Shown: positions 25,072 through 36,176 of the stretch, piece after piece
How positions within the stretch are numbered: position 1 is the first letter of the stretch
Layout: every line of letters begins with the position of its first letter
Assembly: GCF_006345805.1 (NCBI RefSeq)
Contig: NC_043003.1
Span: forward strand, 14,694,001-14,758,000
Origin: Octopus sinensis
Taxonomy: Eukaryota
Direction: 5' to 3'
DNA length: 64,000 nucleotides
The notes under the pieces: model-generated
What the model was told of the DNA's origin: nothing
The model's input: the letters and a program-made list of their open reading frames with translations, nothing else
The model's database searches: none
Position numbers and translations under genes: made by a program

Positions 25072-25316
25072 ATCTTTTACTTTTTTCAGTCATTTGACTG
25101 TGGCCATGTTGGAGCACCGCCTTTAGTCGAGCAAATTGACCCTAGGGCTTATTCTTTGTAAGCATAGTATTTATTCTATTGGTCTCTTTTGCCGAACCGC
25201 TAAGTTACGGGGATGTAAACACACCAGCAATGGTTGTCAAGCGATGTTGTGGGGACTAACACAGACACACAAACATATACACACACATACATATATACAC
25301 ACATATATATATATAC

Positions 25317-25361
<45 letters not shown>

Positions 25362-25575
25362 TATACATATATATGCATACATACATATATATATACACAC
25401 ACATATAAACGACGGGCTTCTTTCAGTTTCCATCTATCAAATCCACTCACAAGGCTTTGATCATCCCGAGACTGTAGTAGAAGACACTTTCCCAAGGTGC
25501 CACGTAGTGGGACTGAACCCAGAACCATGTGCTTCATAAGCAAGCTACTTACCACACAGCCACTCTTATGCCTAT
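25072..25575 (-). mobile_element. SINE family A, full length
   Basis: Matches consensus; expanded internal (TA)n. Confidence 0.85.
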
Positions 25576-26152
25576 ACTCTTATTTTTTCTTATGTTTTAT
25601 ATGTATTTAGTTTTTGCGATATCTTTTGAAACATCATCAATGTCTCATAATTAATATCAATATTGATACCAAAATTATTAAAACACTTCTTTTTGTAATT
25701 ATTCTTTTATTTCTATTCCAATATCTTGTTTTATCCTTCACAATACTTCATTCTTTTCCATAATAAGAATATAACTCGTTTCAACTGGTTTTAACTGGTT
25801 TTGAGGTTAAAGATACCTAAGGGAGTATTAAGTAAAACACAGTTGGTCTATTTATTTAGGCTGTACCTTAATACCTGGTGTAACACCTGCAGGTTTAGCA
25901 CTGACTGCACAACAAACTATACGAATCCAATCTATTAGAAAGATAAAGAATTTGTTACTTTGAAACCAAAACCCGCACAAAGGAACTACTTAACTAATAA
26001 GATATATTGGGAGTTGAAATTCTTGTTTCTTCAGGAAATGTCAAAACTCGAAATGTAAATAAAATGATCCACATTTGCTATATCGATGGTGTGGTGGGTA
26101 TATATACACATGGCAGGTACACATACACACACATGCAGGTACACATATATAC

Positions 26153-26185
<33 letters not shown>

Positions 26186-27262
26186 CATACATATATATAT
26201 TTATATATATATGCATATACATATATATATATATAGATTAATAAATAAATAAAACATATGCATATATACATACATATATGTACGTACCTACCTCTACATG
26301 TAAATATACATGCATATATGGGTACAGGACACCTAAAAAACGTTGAACACAATGAGAAACGAAAACATAAACACAAAACCAAGGAAATGGACATTTTTTT
26401 TAAAACAACGAAAAAATAGAGTACAGGACATACAAAACAAGGAAAATTCCCCTTCTTCAGTCGCTTTAATTTCATCTACTCCACATTTCGAAGGTCAAGG
26501 TGATATATGACTTCAATGAAATTTTCCTTCCCGCGAAAATCAAATTAAATAAAATTTGAGATTTTTTTGCGGAGGTGTAAAAATGGTAACAAAAACAGGA
26601 CAGTAACAACATATATATATATATATATATATATTCTTTTACTTGTTTCAGTCATTTGATTGTGGCCATGCTGAAGTGCAACCTTTTAGTTGAGCAAATC
26701 GCCCCCAGGACTTACTCTTTGTGAGCCTAGCACTTTTTCTATCGGTCTCTTTTGATGAACTGCTAAGTAATGTGGATGTATACACACCAGCATTGGTTTT
26801 CAAGTGATGTTGGGGGGACATTAAATGATGATGATGATGATATATATATATATATGTATGTATGTATGTATGAATGAATATATATATATAGTTGAAATTT
26901 ACAAAAAAACAAAAGACAAAGACAAGCGTTTAAACAACAAGCAGGTGTATTAGTCTGACACCCAGGAAGGTGAGAAAGTCATTTATATTTTGAGCCAACG
27001 CTCTTCAACCGAAAGGAACATGAGGAAATAAACAGAATGAAAATTAAAAAAACTTGTTGATTTAGTGGTCATAAATATATACACATATACATATATACAC
27101 ATACATATACACACATATATATATAAGGACATGTGTAAAAATATATACATATAATGCCTATATGTATGAGTATATATGTATGAGTGTAAAATATATATTA
27201 TATATACTCATCTGTATATATAAATATATGTGTAGTGTGTATAACAAAATTTTATATCTTGG

Positions 27263-27330
27263 ACATAGAGTTACCCAAAGTTTCGCATCCTGAAAGCGAA
27301 AGTTTGTGGACAGCTCGTCAGACGCTATAT
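27263..27330 (-). ncRNA. Type I hammerhead ribozyme, intact core
   Basis: atatagcgt-CTGACGA-gctgtcc...ggatgc-GAA-AC(tttgg)GT-A-actctatgt; stem I 8/9 paired; predicted cut between 27272 and 27271. Confidence 0.85.
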
Positions 27331-27558
27331 AAAGACAAAAATTTTAAATTTCTATCTCATGGACATGAGGAAATGCTCAGAAATTGAGAAATATTTCTTA
27401 ACAAAAAAATAACTTTAATGAGGATGGGTTGTCTCCCCTGAACCAGAGGTGAAAAAATAAAACAACCTTTATAGACCCAAAGAGGCCCAACTAGCAAATG
27501 GGGAGATCCAGTTTTCCAGTAAGTAGCACTTGAAGTGAATACATTTAAAAAAAACCTT

Positions 27559-27676
27559 GCTTATGGCCACATCACATTGAAAGCACCGGTTCTCGTCCGA
27601 TCACCGAAGTTAAGCAATGTCAAGCCTAGTTAGTACTTAGATGGGTAACCATTTGGGAAACCTAGGTGTTGTAAAT
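27559..27676 (+). pseudogene. 5S: 5S rRNA pseudogene, full length
   Basis: gcttatggccacatcacattgaaagcaccggttctcgtccgatcaccgaagttaagc...gttagtacttagatgggtaacc..tgggaa..ggtgttgta aligns to metazoan 5S; many CpG>TpG/CpA changes. Confidence 0.93.
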
Positions 27677-27689
27677 GTCTTTCTATCTT

Positions 27690-27775
27690 ATAGGCACAGG
27701 AGTGGCTGTATGGTAAGTAGCTTGCTTACCAACCACATGGTTCCGGGTTCATACCCACTGAGTGGCACCTTGGGC
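27690..27775 (+). mobile_element. SINE family A head immediately downstream of the 5S copy
   Basis: taggcacaggagtggctgtatggtaagtagcttgc; followed by an inverted family A 5' half (about 27790-27940). Confidence 0.8.
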
Positions 27776-28277
27776 CTGAAATTTTGGGGGTGTCTTCTTT
27801 CAGTTTCTATCTATCAAATCCACTCACAAGACTTTGGTTGGCCCAGGATATAACAAAAGGCACTTGTCTAAGGTGACATGCTGTAAGATTGAACCCAAAG
27901 CTAAGAAGATGGGAAGCAAGCTTCCTATCACACAACCATGCTCTCTCTGTTGATTATGGTGGCAAGGGTTTTGGTTAATCTGTTCATTGGAGCAACATGC
28001 TCATGGAATTATGATAATGATGATGATGAATTTTGAATCTTCCATTATATATTTCTTTACTACCCACAAGGGGCTAAACACAGAGGGGACAAACAAGGAC
28101 AGACGAAGGGATTAAGTCGATTACATTGACTCCAGTGTGTAACTGGTACTTAATTTATCGACCCCGAAAGAATGAAAGGCAAAGTCATGGAATTAACATG
28201 CAAGTGGCTGAGCACTCCACAGACATACATACCTTTAACGTAGCTCTCAAGGAGGTTCAGCATGATACAGAATGAAA

Positions 28278-28510
28278 GCGGCGAGCTGGCAGAAACATTA
28301 GCACGCCGGGTGAAATGCTTAGCGGTATTTCGTCTGCCACTACGTTCTGAGTTCAAATTCCGCTGAGGTCGACTTTGCCTTTAATCCTTTTGGGGTCGAT
28401 AAATAAAGTACCAGTTGAGCACAGGTGTCGATATACATTGACTTAATCCCTTTGTCTGTTCTTGTTTGTCCTCTCTATGTGTAGCCTCTTGTGGATAGTA
28501 AAGAAATAAG
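28278..28510 (+). mobile_element. SINE family C monomer nested in a family D copy
   Basis: gcggcgagctggcagaaacattagcacgccggg...gtaaagaaata; short agaatg duplication at the ends. Confidence 0.85.
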
Positions 28511-29584
28511 AATGTGACGAGGTTTGGTCCTTTGAATTACAGGTACCAACCCATTTTTGCCAGCTGAGTGGACTGGAGCAACGTGAAATAAAGTGTCTCA
28601 CTCAAGGACACAACACATCACTGGGAATCGAACTTATAACCTTACAATCATGAGCTGGATATCCTTAACCACCGAGCCACACACTTTCCACAAACAACCA
28701 TGCATGCACCATCTAAAACAATTAATGAAAGCATTATACATGTTACCAAGCCATAATCCCTTACAAATAACGGCTGGGGATACTGAACAGTTCATTGTTT
28801 TTATTGTTATTAAAACAGTGGATGGAGTGAGCAAATAAGATATTTGTATGCTGGAACAATAGATCTCCAGAACCTTCTATTTTTTTTTTTCTCTCTCTCT
28901 CTCTCTCTCTGTAATCTTTGGCCAGAATGATTGATGTTTCTGTTTTCAACCTTCACTCTGCTAATCAAAGCTTATGACTGTCTTTTGACTCGCACTGAAA
29001 GCATTTCATAGTGAAATTGTTTTTCATGAATTTTTTTGTTTTTTTATTCAAACAAAACGAAATGGCTGCTTGAAATGTTAACCTTTTCAAGTTCACATCT
29101 GTTGGTAAGATTTATAATGACTGCTTCTTCAAGTTGACAAGTATTGTTGTCTCTGTTCTAATCTTTTTGATATCATATTCTCTGAGACCCATTTTTAATT
29201 CTAAGATACAAAGAAAAAAAACACCAAAAAAAAAACTTCTCCTTTTTCAAGTTTTTCTGGTGCTGGTGCCATATTGAAAAGCACTGGTGATGGTGTCATG
29301 CAAAAAATAGTGGCGCTGGTGCCATGTTAAAAATACTGGTGCTGGTGATGCATAAAATGCACTGGTGATGGTGCCACATGTAAAGCACTTAGTGCACTCT
29401 GTAAAGTGGTTGGCGTTAGGAAGGGCATCCAGCTGTAGAAACCATGCCAAAACAGACTAAAGAACTTGGTGTGGCCCCTTGCTCTAACCAGTTCCTGTCA
29501 AGTTGTCTATCTCATGCCAGCAAGGGGATCAGACATTAAATGATGATGATAATGATGATGATGAATTTTGAATCTTCCATTATA

Positions 29585-29803
29585 TATTTCTTTACTACCC
29601 ACAAGGGGCTAAACACAGAGGGGACAAACAAGGACAGACAAAGGGATTAAGTCGATTACATCAACCCCAGTGCGTAACTGGTACTTAATTTATCGACCCC
29701 GAAAGGATGAAAGGCAAAGTTCACCTCAGCGGAATTTGAACTCGGAACGTAACGGCAGATGAAATACGGCTACACATTTCATCCGGCGTGCTAGCTCGCC
29801 GCC
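29585..29803 (-). mobile_element. SINE family C monomer with 17-bp TSD
   Basis: ttgaatcttccattata at 29568-29584 and 29804-29820. Confidence 0.88.
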
Positions 29804-30134
29804 TTGAATCTTCCATTATAATCTTAAGTAAGTCTATATGTGAAGTTACTTTCCAAATGCCAATTCAATGGAAACAAACTTAGTTATATTATTAAATCTT
29901 TCTGCATTCTTGATTATCTTAATCATCAATAGACTGATGGCATATTTTATTAACGATATAAACCATGTGAAGGTGTTGTGATTCGAAATCGAATCGCTGG
30001 ATACACGGTCAGACATCATGAGCAAGCCACTATAGTTTCACATGATTGGTCTATTAACTGACCAATCAATGTGAAGGATAGCATAGACAGGTCTTCTTGA
30101 ACCTTAAAGAATTCAGCTTCTGGTCTCTTATATT

Positions 30135-30365
30135 TTTCTTTATTGCCCACAAGGGGCTAAACATAGAAGGGGACAAACAAGGACAGACAAAGGGATTAAA
30201 TCGATTACATCGACCTCAGTGCAAAACTGGTACTTTATTTATCGACCCCCGAAAAGATGAAAGGCAAAGTTGACCTCGGCGGAATTTGAACTCAGAATGT
30301 AAAGACAGATGAAATACGGCTAAGCATTTCGCCTGGTGCGCTAACGTGTCTGCCAGCTCGCTGCC
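30135..30365 (-). mobile_element. SINE family C monomer
   Basis: Matches consensus. Confidence 0.85.
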
Positions 30366-30504
30366 TTTTCTGGTCCCTTATAAAAACCATTCAGCATGCA
30401 CTTCTACCAGCCAGATGACTCATGAAGGTGGCTAAGACTGATGGTGCAGATAGATAACAGAAACCTCAGTGGCTATGAATACGGCACAGTTGTTTCCAGT
30501 TATT

Positions 30505-30685
30505 CAGTTCTATATTTAAGAGATGAGGAATTATGTACATTATTTACATTATTTACATTTGACGGATATTTGTCCTCATCTTGTTTGTTGTTAACACAAC
30601 GTTTCGGCTGTTAGACCCTCCAGCCTTCTTCAGGTGTCTTGGAGAAATTTTGAACCTGGGTTCTCATTCCTAAGGTATTTTTCGA

Positions 30686-30723
<38 letters not shown>

Positions 30724-30731
30724 TCACTGCC
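30505..30731 (-). mobile_element. Family H, 5'-truncated inverted copy
   Basis: Last 11 nt of head + (taa)n + full tail ending cctcatctcttaaatatagaactg; abuts the plus-strand copy. Confidence 0.85.
30593..30638 (-). ncRNA. Minimal hammerhead of family H, intact core
   Basis: gacac-CTGAAGA-a-ggctg(gagggtctaa)cagcc-GAA-ACGT-T-gtgtt. Confidence 0.85.
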
Positions 30732-30736
30732 CATGG

Positions 30737-31010
30737 ACATATGGCGTAGTGGTTAAGAGAGCAGGCTACTAACCCCAAGATTCCGAGTTCGATTCCAGGC
30801 AGTGACCTGAATGATGATGATGATGATGATGATGGTGATGGTGGTGGTGGTGGTGGTGGCATCGAAAAATACCTTAGGAATAAGAACCCATGTTCGAAAT
30901 TGCCCCAAGACGTCTGATGAAGGCTGGAGGGTATATCACCCAAAACGTTGTGTTAACAACAAACAAGATGAGAACAAATATCCGTCAAATGTAAATAATG
31001 TAAATAATGT
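30737..31010 (+). mobile_element. SINE-like family H, complete
   Basis: Head acatatggcgtagtggttaagagagcaggctactaaccccaagattccgagttcgattcc (A- and B-box-like), (gat/ggt)n linker, decayed HHR at 30909-30954. Confidence 0.85.
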
Positions 31011-31205
31011 GTTTCCAGTTATGTTGGGCAAGCTGCATTTTGCCATAATCAATAGTTTGCTGTAAACGCCAAGCAGTATCTCTCTCGCAGTTTGTAATTA
31101 TTGCTGTTGTTACCTGCAAAGGTCCAATGCAGTTTTGTCTTTATGTGCGATAATAGAATCTTGTATCAATTATTCACTGATGTTGTTCAATAACTTCTAT
31201 ACACG

Positions 31206-31620
31206 TAGGCGTAGGAGTGGCTGTGTGGTACATAGCTTGCTTACAAACCACATAGTTCCGGGTTCAGTCCCACTGCGTGGCACCTTGGGCAAGTGTCTTC
31301 TACTACAGCCTCGGGCCGACCAAAGCCTTGTGAGTGGATTTGGTAGACAGAAACTGAAAGAAGCCTATCGTATATATGTATATATGTGTGTGTGTGTGTG
31401 TGTGTCTGTGTTTGTTTGTGTGTCTGTGTTTGTTCCCCCAACATCGCTTGACAGCCGATGCTGGTGTATTTACGTCCCCGTAACTTAGCAGTTCAGCAAA
31501 AGAAACTGATAGAATAAGTACTAGGCTTACAAAGAATAAGTCCTGTTGTCAATTTGCTCGACTAAAGGCAATGCTCCAGCATGGCCATAGTCAAATGACT
31601 GAAACAACTAAAAGAGTAAA
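31206..31620 (+). mobile_element. SINE family A, full length
   Basis: Matches consensus. Confidence 0.88.
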
Positions 31621-31987
31621 GAACTCAAGAAACATACTTTCCTTCATCAATTCAACCGGTCAGCACCACAGCATCCAACACCACCACCAACAACAACAAC
31701 CAAGTAATGTAAGTATACGTTGGGCTCAGACGATAAATCCTAGAAGTCCAATGGATAATATTGCATAAATTATTCCGAGTCTTCTGAAAGTTTACTTTTT
31801 TTAAAGAGTAGTGGGAAACAATGTAGGAAATTACACCAAATTCTGTTAAAATTAGTATATAAACTTCTGGATGTCCAAAAAATCAGAATAAATGTTGATA
31901 TGAAATTGGATCTCTTCCTCCTCTTGAGTCAAACCAAGTGACAAAGGTAATTCCATTCAGATCAACAATGACCAAGAATATCTTTAA

Positions 31988-32459
31988 CCCTTTTGTTACC
32001 AACCCGGATGAAACTGCCTCTGGCTCTGAGTACAAATGTCTTCTTGCTTTCATAAGATTTGAATTAAAATCTTCCACCAAACCTTAGTCACAGTTTATGT
32101 TCCTAACACCAGCTGAATGATTACTAAGTTATTTTACTATATTCTTTGTTATATTTAAAATTAATTGAAAGAAACACAGAGCATCTCAAAATAAATATGG
32201 TAACAAAGGGTTAAAATATATAAAAGAGAAATAATTCTTAACTCTTTTGATACCAGCCCGGCTGAAACTGCCTCTGGCTCTATAGTACAAACGTCTTGTT
32301 TTCATAAGTTCTGAATTAAAATTTTCCATCAAACCTTAGTCACAATTTATGTTCCTAACACTAGCTGAATGATAACTAAGTTATTTTACTAAATTCTTTT
32401 TTATAATTAAAAATATTTGAAACACAGAGCATCTCAAAATAAATGCAGCAACAAAAGGA
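31988..32459. mobile_element. Two tandem piggyBac-like MITEs (31988-32210, 32242-32459)
   Basis: TTAA|cccttttgttacc...ggtaacaaaggg|TTAA; the second copy has a degenerate right end. Confidence 0.8.
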
Positions 32460-32464
32460 CGGTT

Positions 32465-33040
32465 TGTCTGCCTTCTTACTCATTAAGACTTTGGCTCTAA
32501 GGCCCTTTCGATTCTAATCCTTGCTTCCACACCTGAAACTTCTTCTCTAGTTCTGATAGTGACTCAGCAATTAGGGCAAGGTCATTAGCATTGAGGAGCT
32601 CCCAGGAGCATCCTGTCTTGAATTTCTCTGTTATTGCTTGGAGGACTATGATGAATAAGAGGGGGCTGAGCACTGATCGTTGGTGGACCTCCTACCCCTA
32701 CCTGGAATTCTCCACTGTACTTGTTGCCAACCCTCACCTTACTGACAGCATCCCTGTACATGGCTTGCACAGCTCTCACTAACCATTCATCTATTCCTAG
32801 TTTCCTCATTGACCACCAGATAAGGGATCAGAGGACCCTTTCAAAGGCTTTTTCCATGTCAATGAAAGCCAGACAGGTACAGAAGTTTATCTTCAACTAG
32901 GTATTTCTCCTGCTGCTGTCTTACCAGAAATATAGCATCAATGGTGCTTTCCCCTGGCACTAACCCAAACTGGATCTCATCTAGGTTGACTCTCTTCCTA
33001 ATTAGTTGGGCTATGACCCACACCGTGACCTTCATTACCT
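32465..33040 (-). pseudogene. RTE reverse transcriptase fragment
   Basis: LDEIQFGLVPGESTIDAIFLVRQQQEKY, MRKLGIDEWLVRAVQAMYRDAVSKVRVG, ELLNANDLALIAESLSELEKKFQVWKQGLESKGL (degenerate YADD region), frameshifted. Confidence 0.9.
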
Positions 33041-33064
33041 GGTCCAATAAATATATATATATAA

Positions 33065-33328
33065 ATCATCATCATCATCATCATTGTTTAACATCAGCTT
33101 TCCATGCTAGTATGGGTTGGACGATTTGACTGAGGTCTGGCGAACCAGACTCCAATCTGATCTGGCAGAGTTTCTACAGCTGGATGCCCTTCCTAACACC
33201 AACCACTCCGAGAGTGTAGTGGGTGCTTTTACGTGCCACCGGCATGAGGGCCAGTCAGGCGGTACTGGCAACGGCCACACTCAAATGGTGCTTTTTTATG
33301 TGCCACCTGCACAGGAGCCAGTCCAGCG
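33065..33328 (-). mobile_element. RTE 3' tail (family B)
   Basis: UTR motifs + (gat)n into (TA)n. Confidence 0.8.
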
Positions 33329-33339
33329 ATATATATATA

Positions 33340-33493
33340 TAAAATTTAGATGACTGACCACTAAAAGTGGACAGCTTGTATGCTAAATATAGATGTCAAA
33401 ATCGCCATTTTCCATGAGGAATGTATTCTCAAGAAAAAATTCAGCAAAAAACCAAAGGCTGTCCACTTTTATTGGTCAGTCTTCTAAATTTTG
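33340..33493. mobile_element. TA-flanked MITE (Tc1/mariner-like)
   Basis: ~35-bp TIR aaaatttagatgactgaccactaaaagtggacagc / gctgtccacttttattggtcagtcttctaaatttt. Confidence 0.8.
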
Positions 33494-34091
33494 TATGTAA
33501 AAAAATTTTTAATCTTTGGATTTTTAAAAATATGTTAGGCCACTGGTTTTAATTGATTAATATCAATTTCTACCTTTATTTGATTTTATATATATATATA
33601 TAAAAGAAGAAAAAGAAAATGGAGATAGGGAAGTGAAAAAAAATGCCAGGGGTCTATTTCTTTGACTAAAACTCACCCTTGAAAGTGGTACCCCAAAATG
33701 GCCACAGTTCAGTGACTATAAGCAAAACAAAAAAAAAAATAATAAAAGAAAAAGTGGTCAGTATTAATCCAAAATGTACCAGGAACCTCTCAGAATGGTT
33801 CTCAAACATTCCATTACCGCACCCACTTGGTTCTACAGCTCCTCTTTGAAGATTATACTAATATCTTATTAGACATTAAAACCAATTCCATTTCTGGTTT
33901 ATAGTGATTGGATGGTGACTCAAGAGGATTAAGAAGATAAATCCTTCGAACACTGATGTTTTCAGGAATTAGAGAGAATATAATATATGTAAGTACCAAT
34001 ATGAGACAGAAATGAGAAACAGACCCACCGTCTGTTTGTTGTCAGTATGCATACTTCCCCTTTCTCAGCTTGAATTAGTGATTATACGTAT

Positions 34092-34161
<70 letters not shown>

Positions 34162-34397
34162 ACGTGTGTGTGTGCACGTGTGTGTGTGTGTACACATGCC
34201 ATGTATGCATATATGCTTTGCTTATTTGCATCTCTCTCTCTCACTATCTATCTACCAACTTACCTACTTACATATCTATTATATATATATATACATGTAT
34301 GATACATAAGCATATATATATATATGATATAGATATAACTGTGCATGTGTGTATATACAAGTATATATATATATACATACACAATATATATGTATAT

Positions 34398-34431
<34 letters not shown>

Positions 34432-34485
34432 TATACGCACACACATATATACATACATACAAATATATATGTACATATATGTATA

Positions 34486-34526
<41 letters not shown>

Positions 34527-34631
34527 ATGCACACATATATATACATACATATATGTATATATATCTATATATCACATACATATATGTATATATATCTATA
34601 TATCTATCTATCTATCTATCTATCAATCTAT

Positions 34632-34716
<85 letters not shown>

Positions 34717-34732
34717 TATATATACATACATA

Positions 34733-34780
<48 letters not shown>

Positions 34781-35256
34781 CATACGCATATATAATGAGA
34801 GAAATCCAGAGAGAAAGAGAGCTGAGGAGGTGGGCAGAAAGAAAGAAAGAAAGGCAGTGAGAGAGAATGCGAATATAAAGTATTAGCTACGAACAAGTAA
34901 TAACTGTAGGAACACATTTCCTGTCCATGTATTTCACTGAATCATCCCAAAAGAGATAAACCAAATAATTATAATTATACGTAGAAATTCCTTCGTTTTT
35001 CTTGTTATTGCTCCTACTGTTGTTGTTGTTGTTGTTATCAGAATTATTGATATCTAACATAAAAAAAAACAGTATTATATATTGATTTCAAATACACTTA
35101 CAAAAATTATTGATATTGTAATTATTAATATTATTATTATTATTATTATTGTTGTTGTTGTTGTTATTACTATTATTATTATTATTATGATTATTATTAT
35201 TATTATTATTGATATTACTATTATTGATATTATTATTACTGCTATTATTATTATTA

Positions 35257-35354
<98 letters not shown>

Positions 35355-35589
35355 TATAAGGCAGCAAGCTTTCAGAACGTTAGCATGCCGGGGAAAATGC
35401 TTAACAGCCTTTCATCCATCTTTGCGTTCTGGGTTCAAATTCTGACGAGGTTGACTTTACCTTTCATCCTCCAGGGGTCAATAAAATAAGTACCAGTTGA
35501 ACACTGGGGTCAATGTAATCGACTTGTCCTCTCCCCCAAAGTTGCTGCCCTTGTGTCAAAATTATTATTACTATTATTGTTATTATTAT

Positions 35590-36060
35590 TTTTTCCTTCT
35601 TTCTTCAAATTTTCTTCCATTTCTCGCCGAGTGTTTTCCGTACACCTAGGGCACAGAAGCTCATTGTATGCATTCCCAGATTGCACACAAATTTACAGGT
35701 AAAATATGTATTTAAAAAATTAATAAATAAATAAATTCATAAATCAATGTTTTCACAGCGATAATGTTCTCAGTACATGTGTTGTTCCAGTTAACAAGAT
35801 TTTTTGCACTTCCTGTAGGGATGGTAAGCCTGGTATCATTTTCAAATAGGTTTCAGTACCTTTTTTATCATTCCTAGAGATCCTACAATCACTGGTACTG
35901 TAGTCGCCATGAGATGCCACTTTTTTCGATTTCTATTAGCAAGTCTTTATATTTACTGATCTTGTCAAATTCTTTCGCCGCTATATTGTGATCACAGGGA
36001 ATACTCATGTCAATTAATAAACACACCTTTTTTGTCTGATCTTTTATAATAATATCCAGT
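35590..36060 (-). mobile_element. R4/Dong-type non-LTR element, older 3' fragment
   Basis: RLE C-terminus homologous to the next two copies but more diverged; 3'UTR ends in (TAA)n. Confidence 0.8.
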
Positions 36061-36122
36061 TAATTTATTATTATTATTATTATTATTAGTACTACTACTA
36101 CTACTACTATTACTACTACTAC

Positions 36123-36176
<54 letters not shown>

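Noticed and set aside
26440-26530. GAAA and CTGAAGA motifs in the repeat also seen at about 41945-42160
   Set aside because: Order and pairing do not give a canonical type I or II core; at best a non-canonical variant
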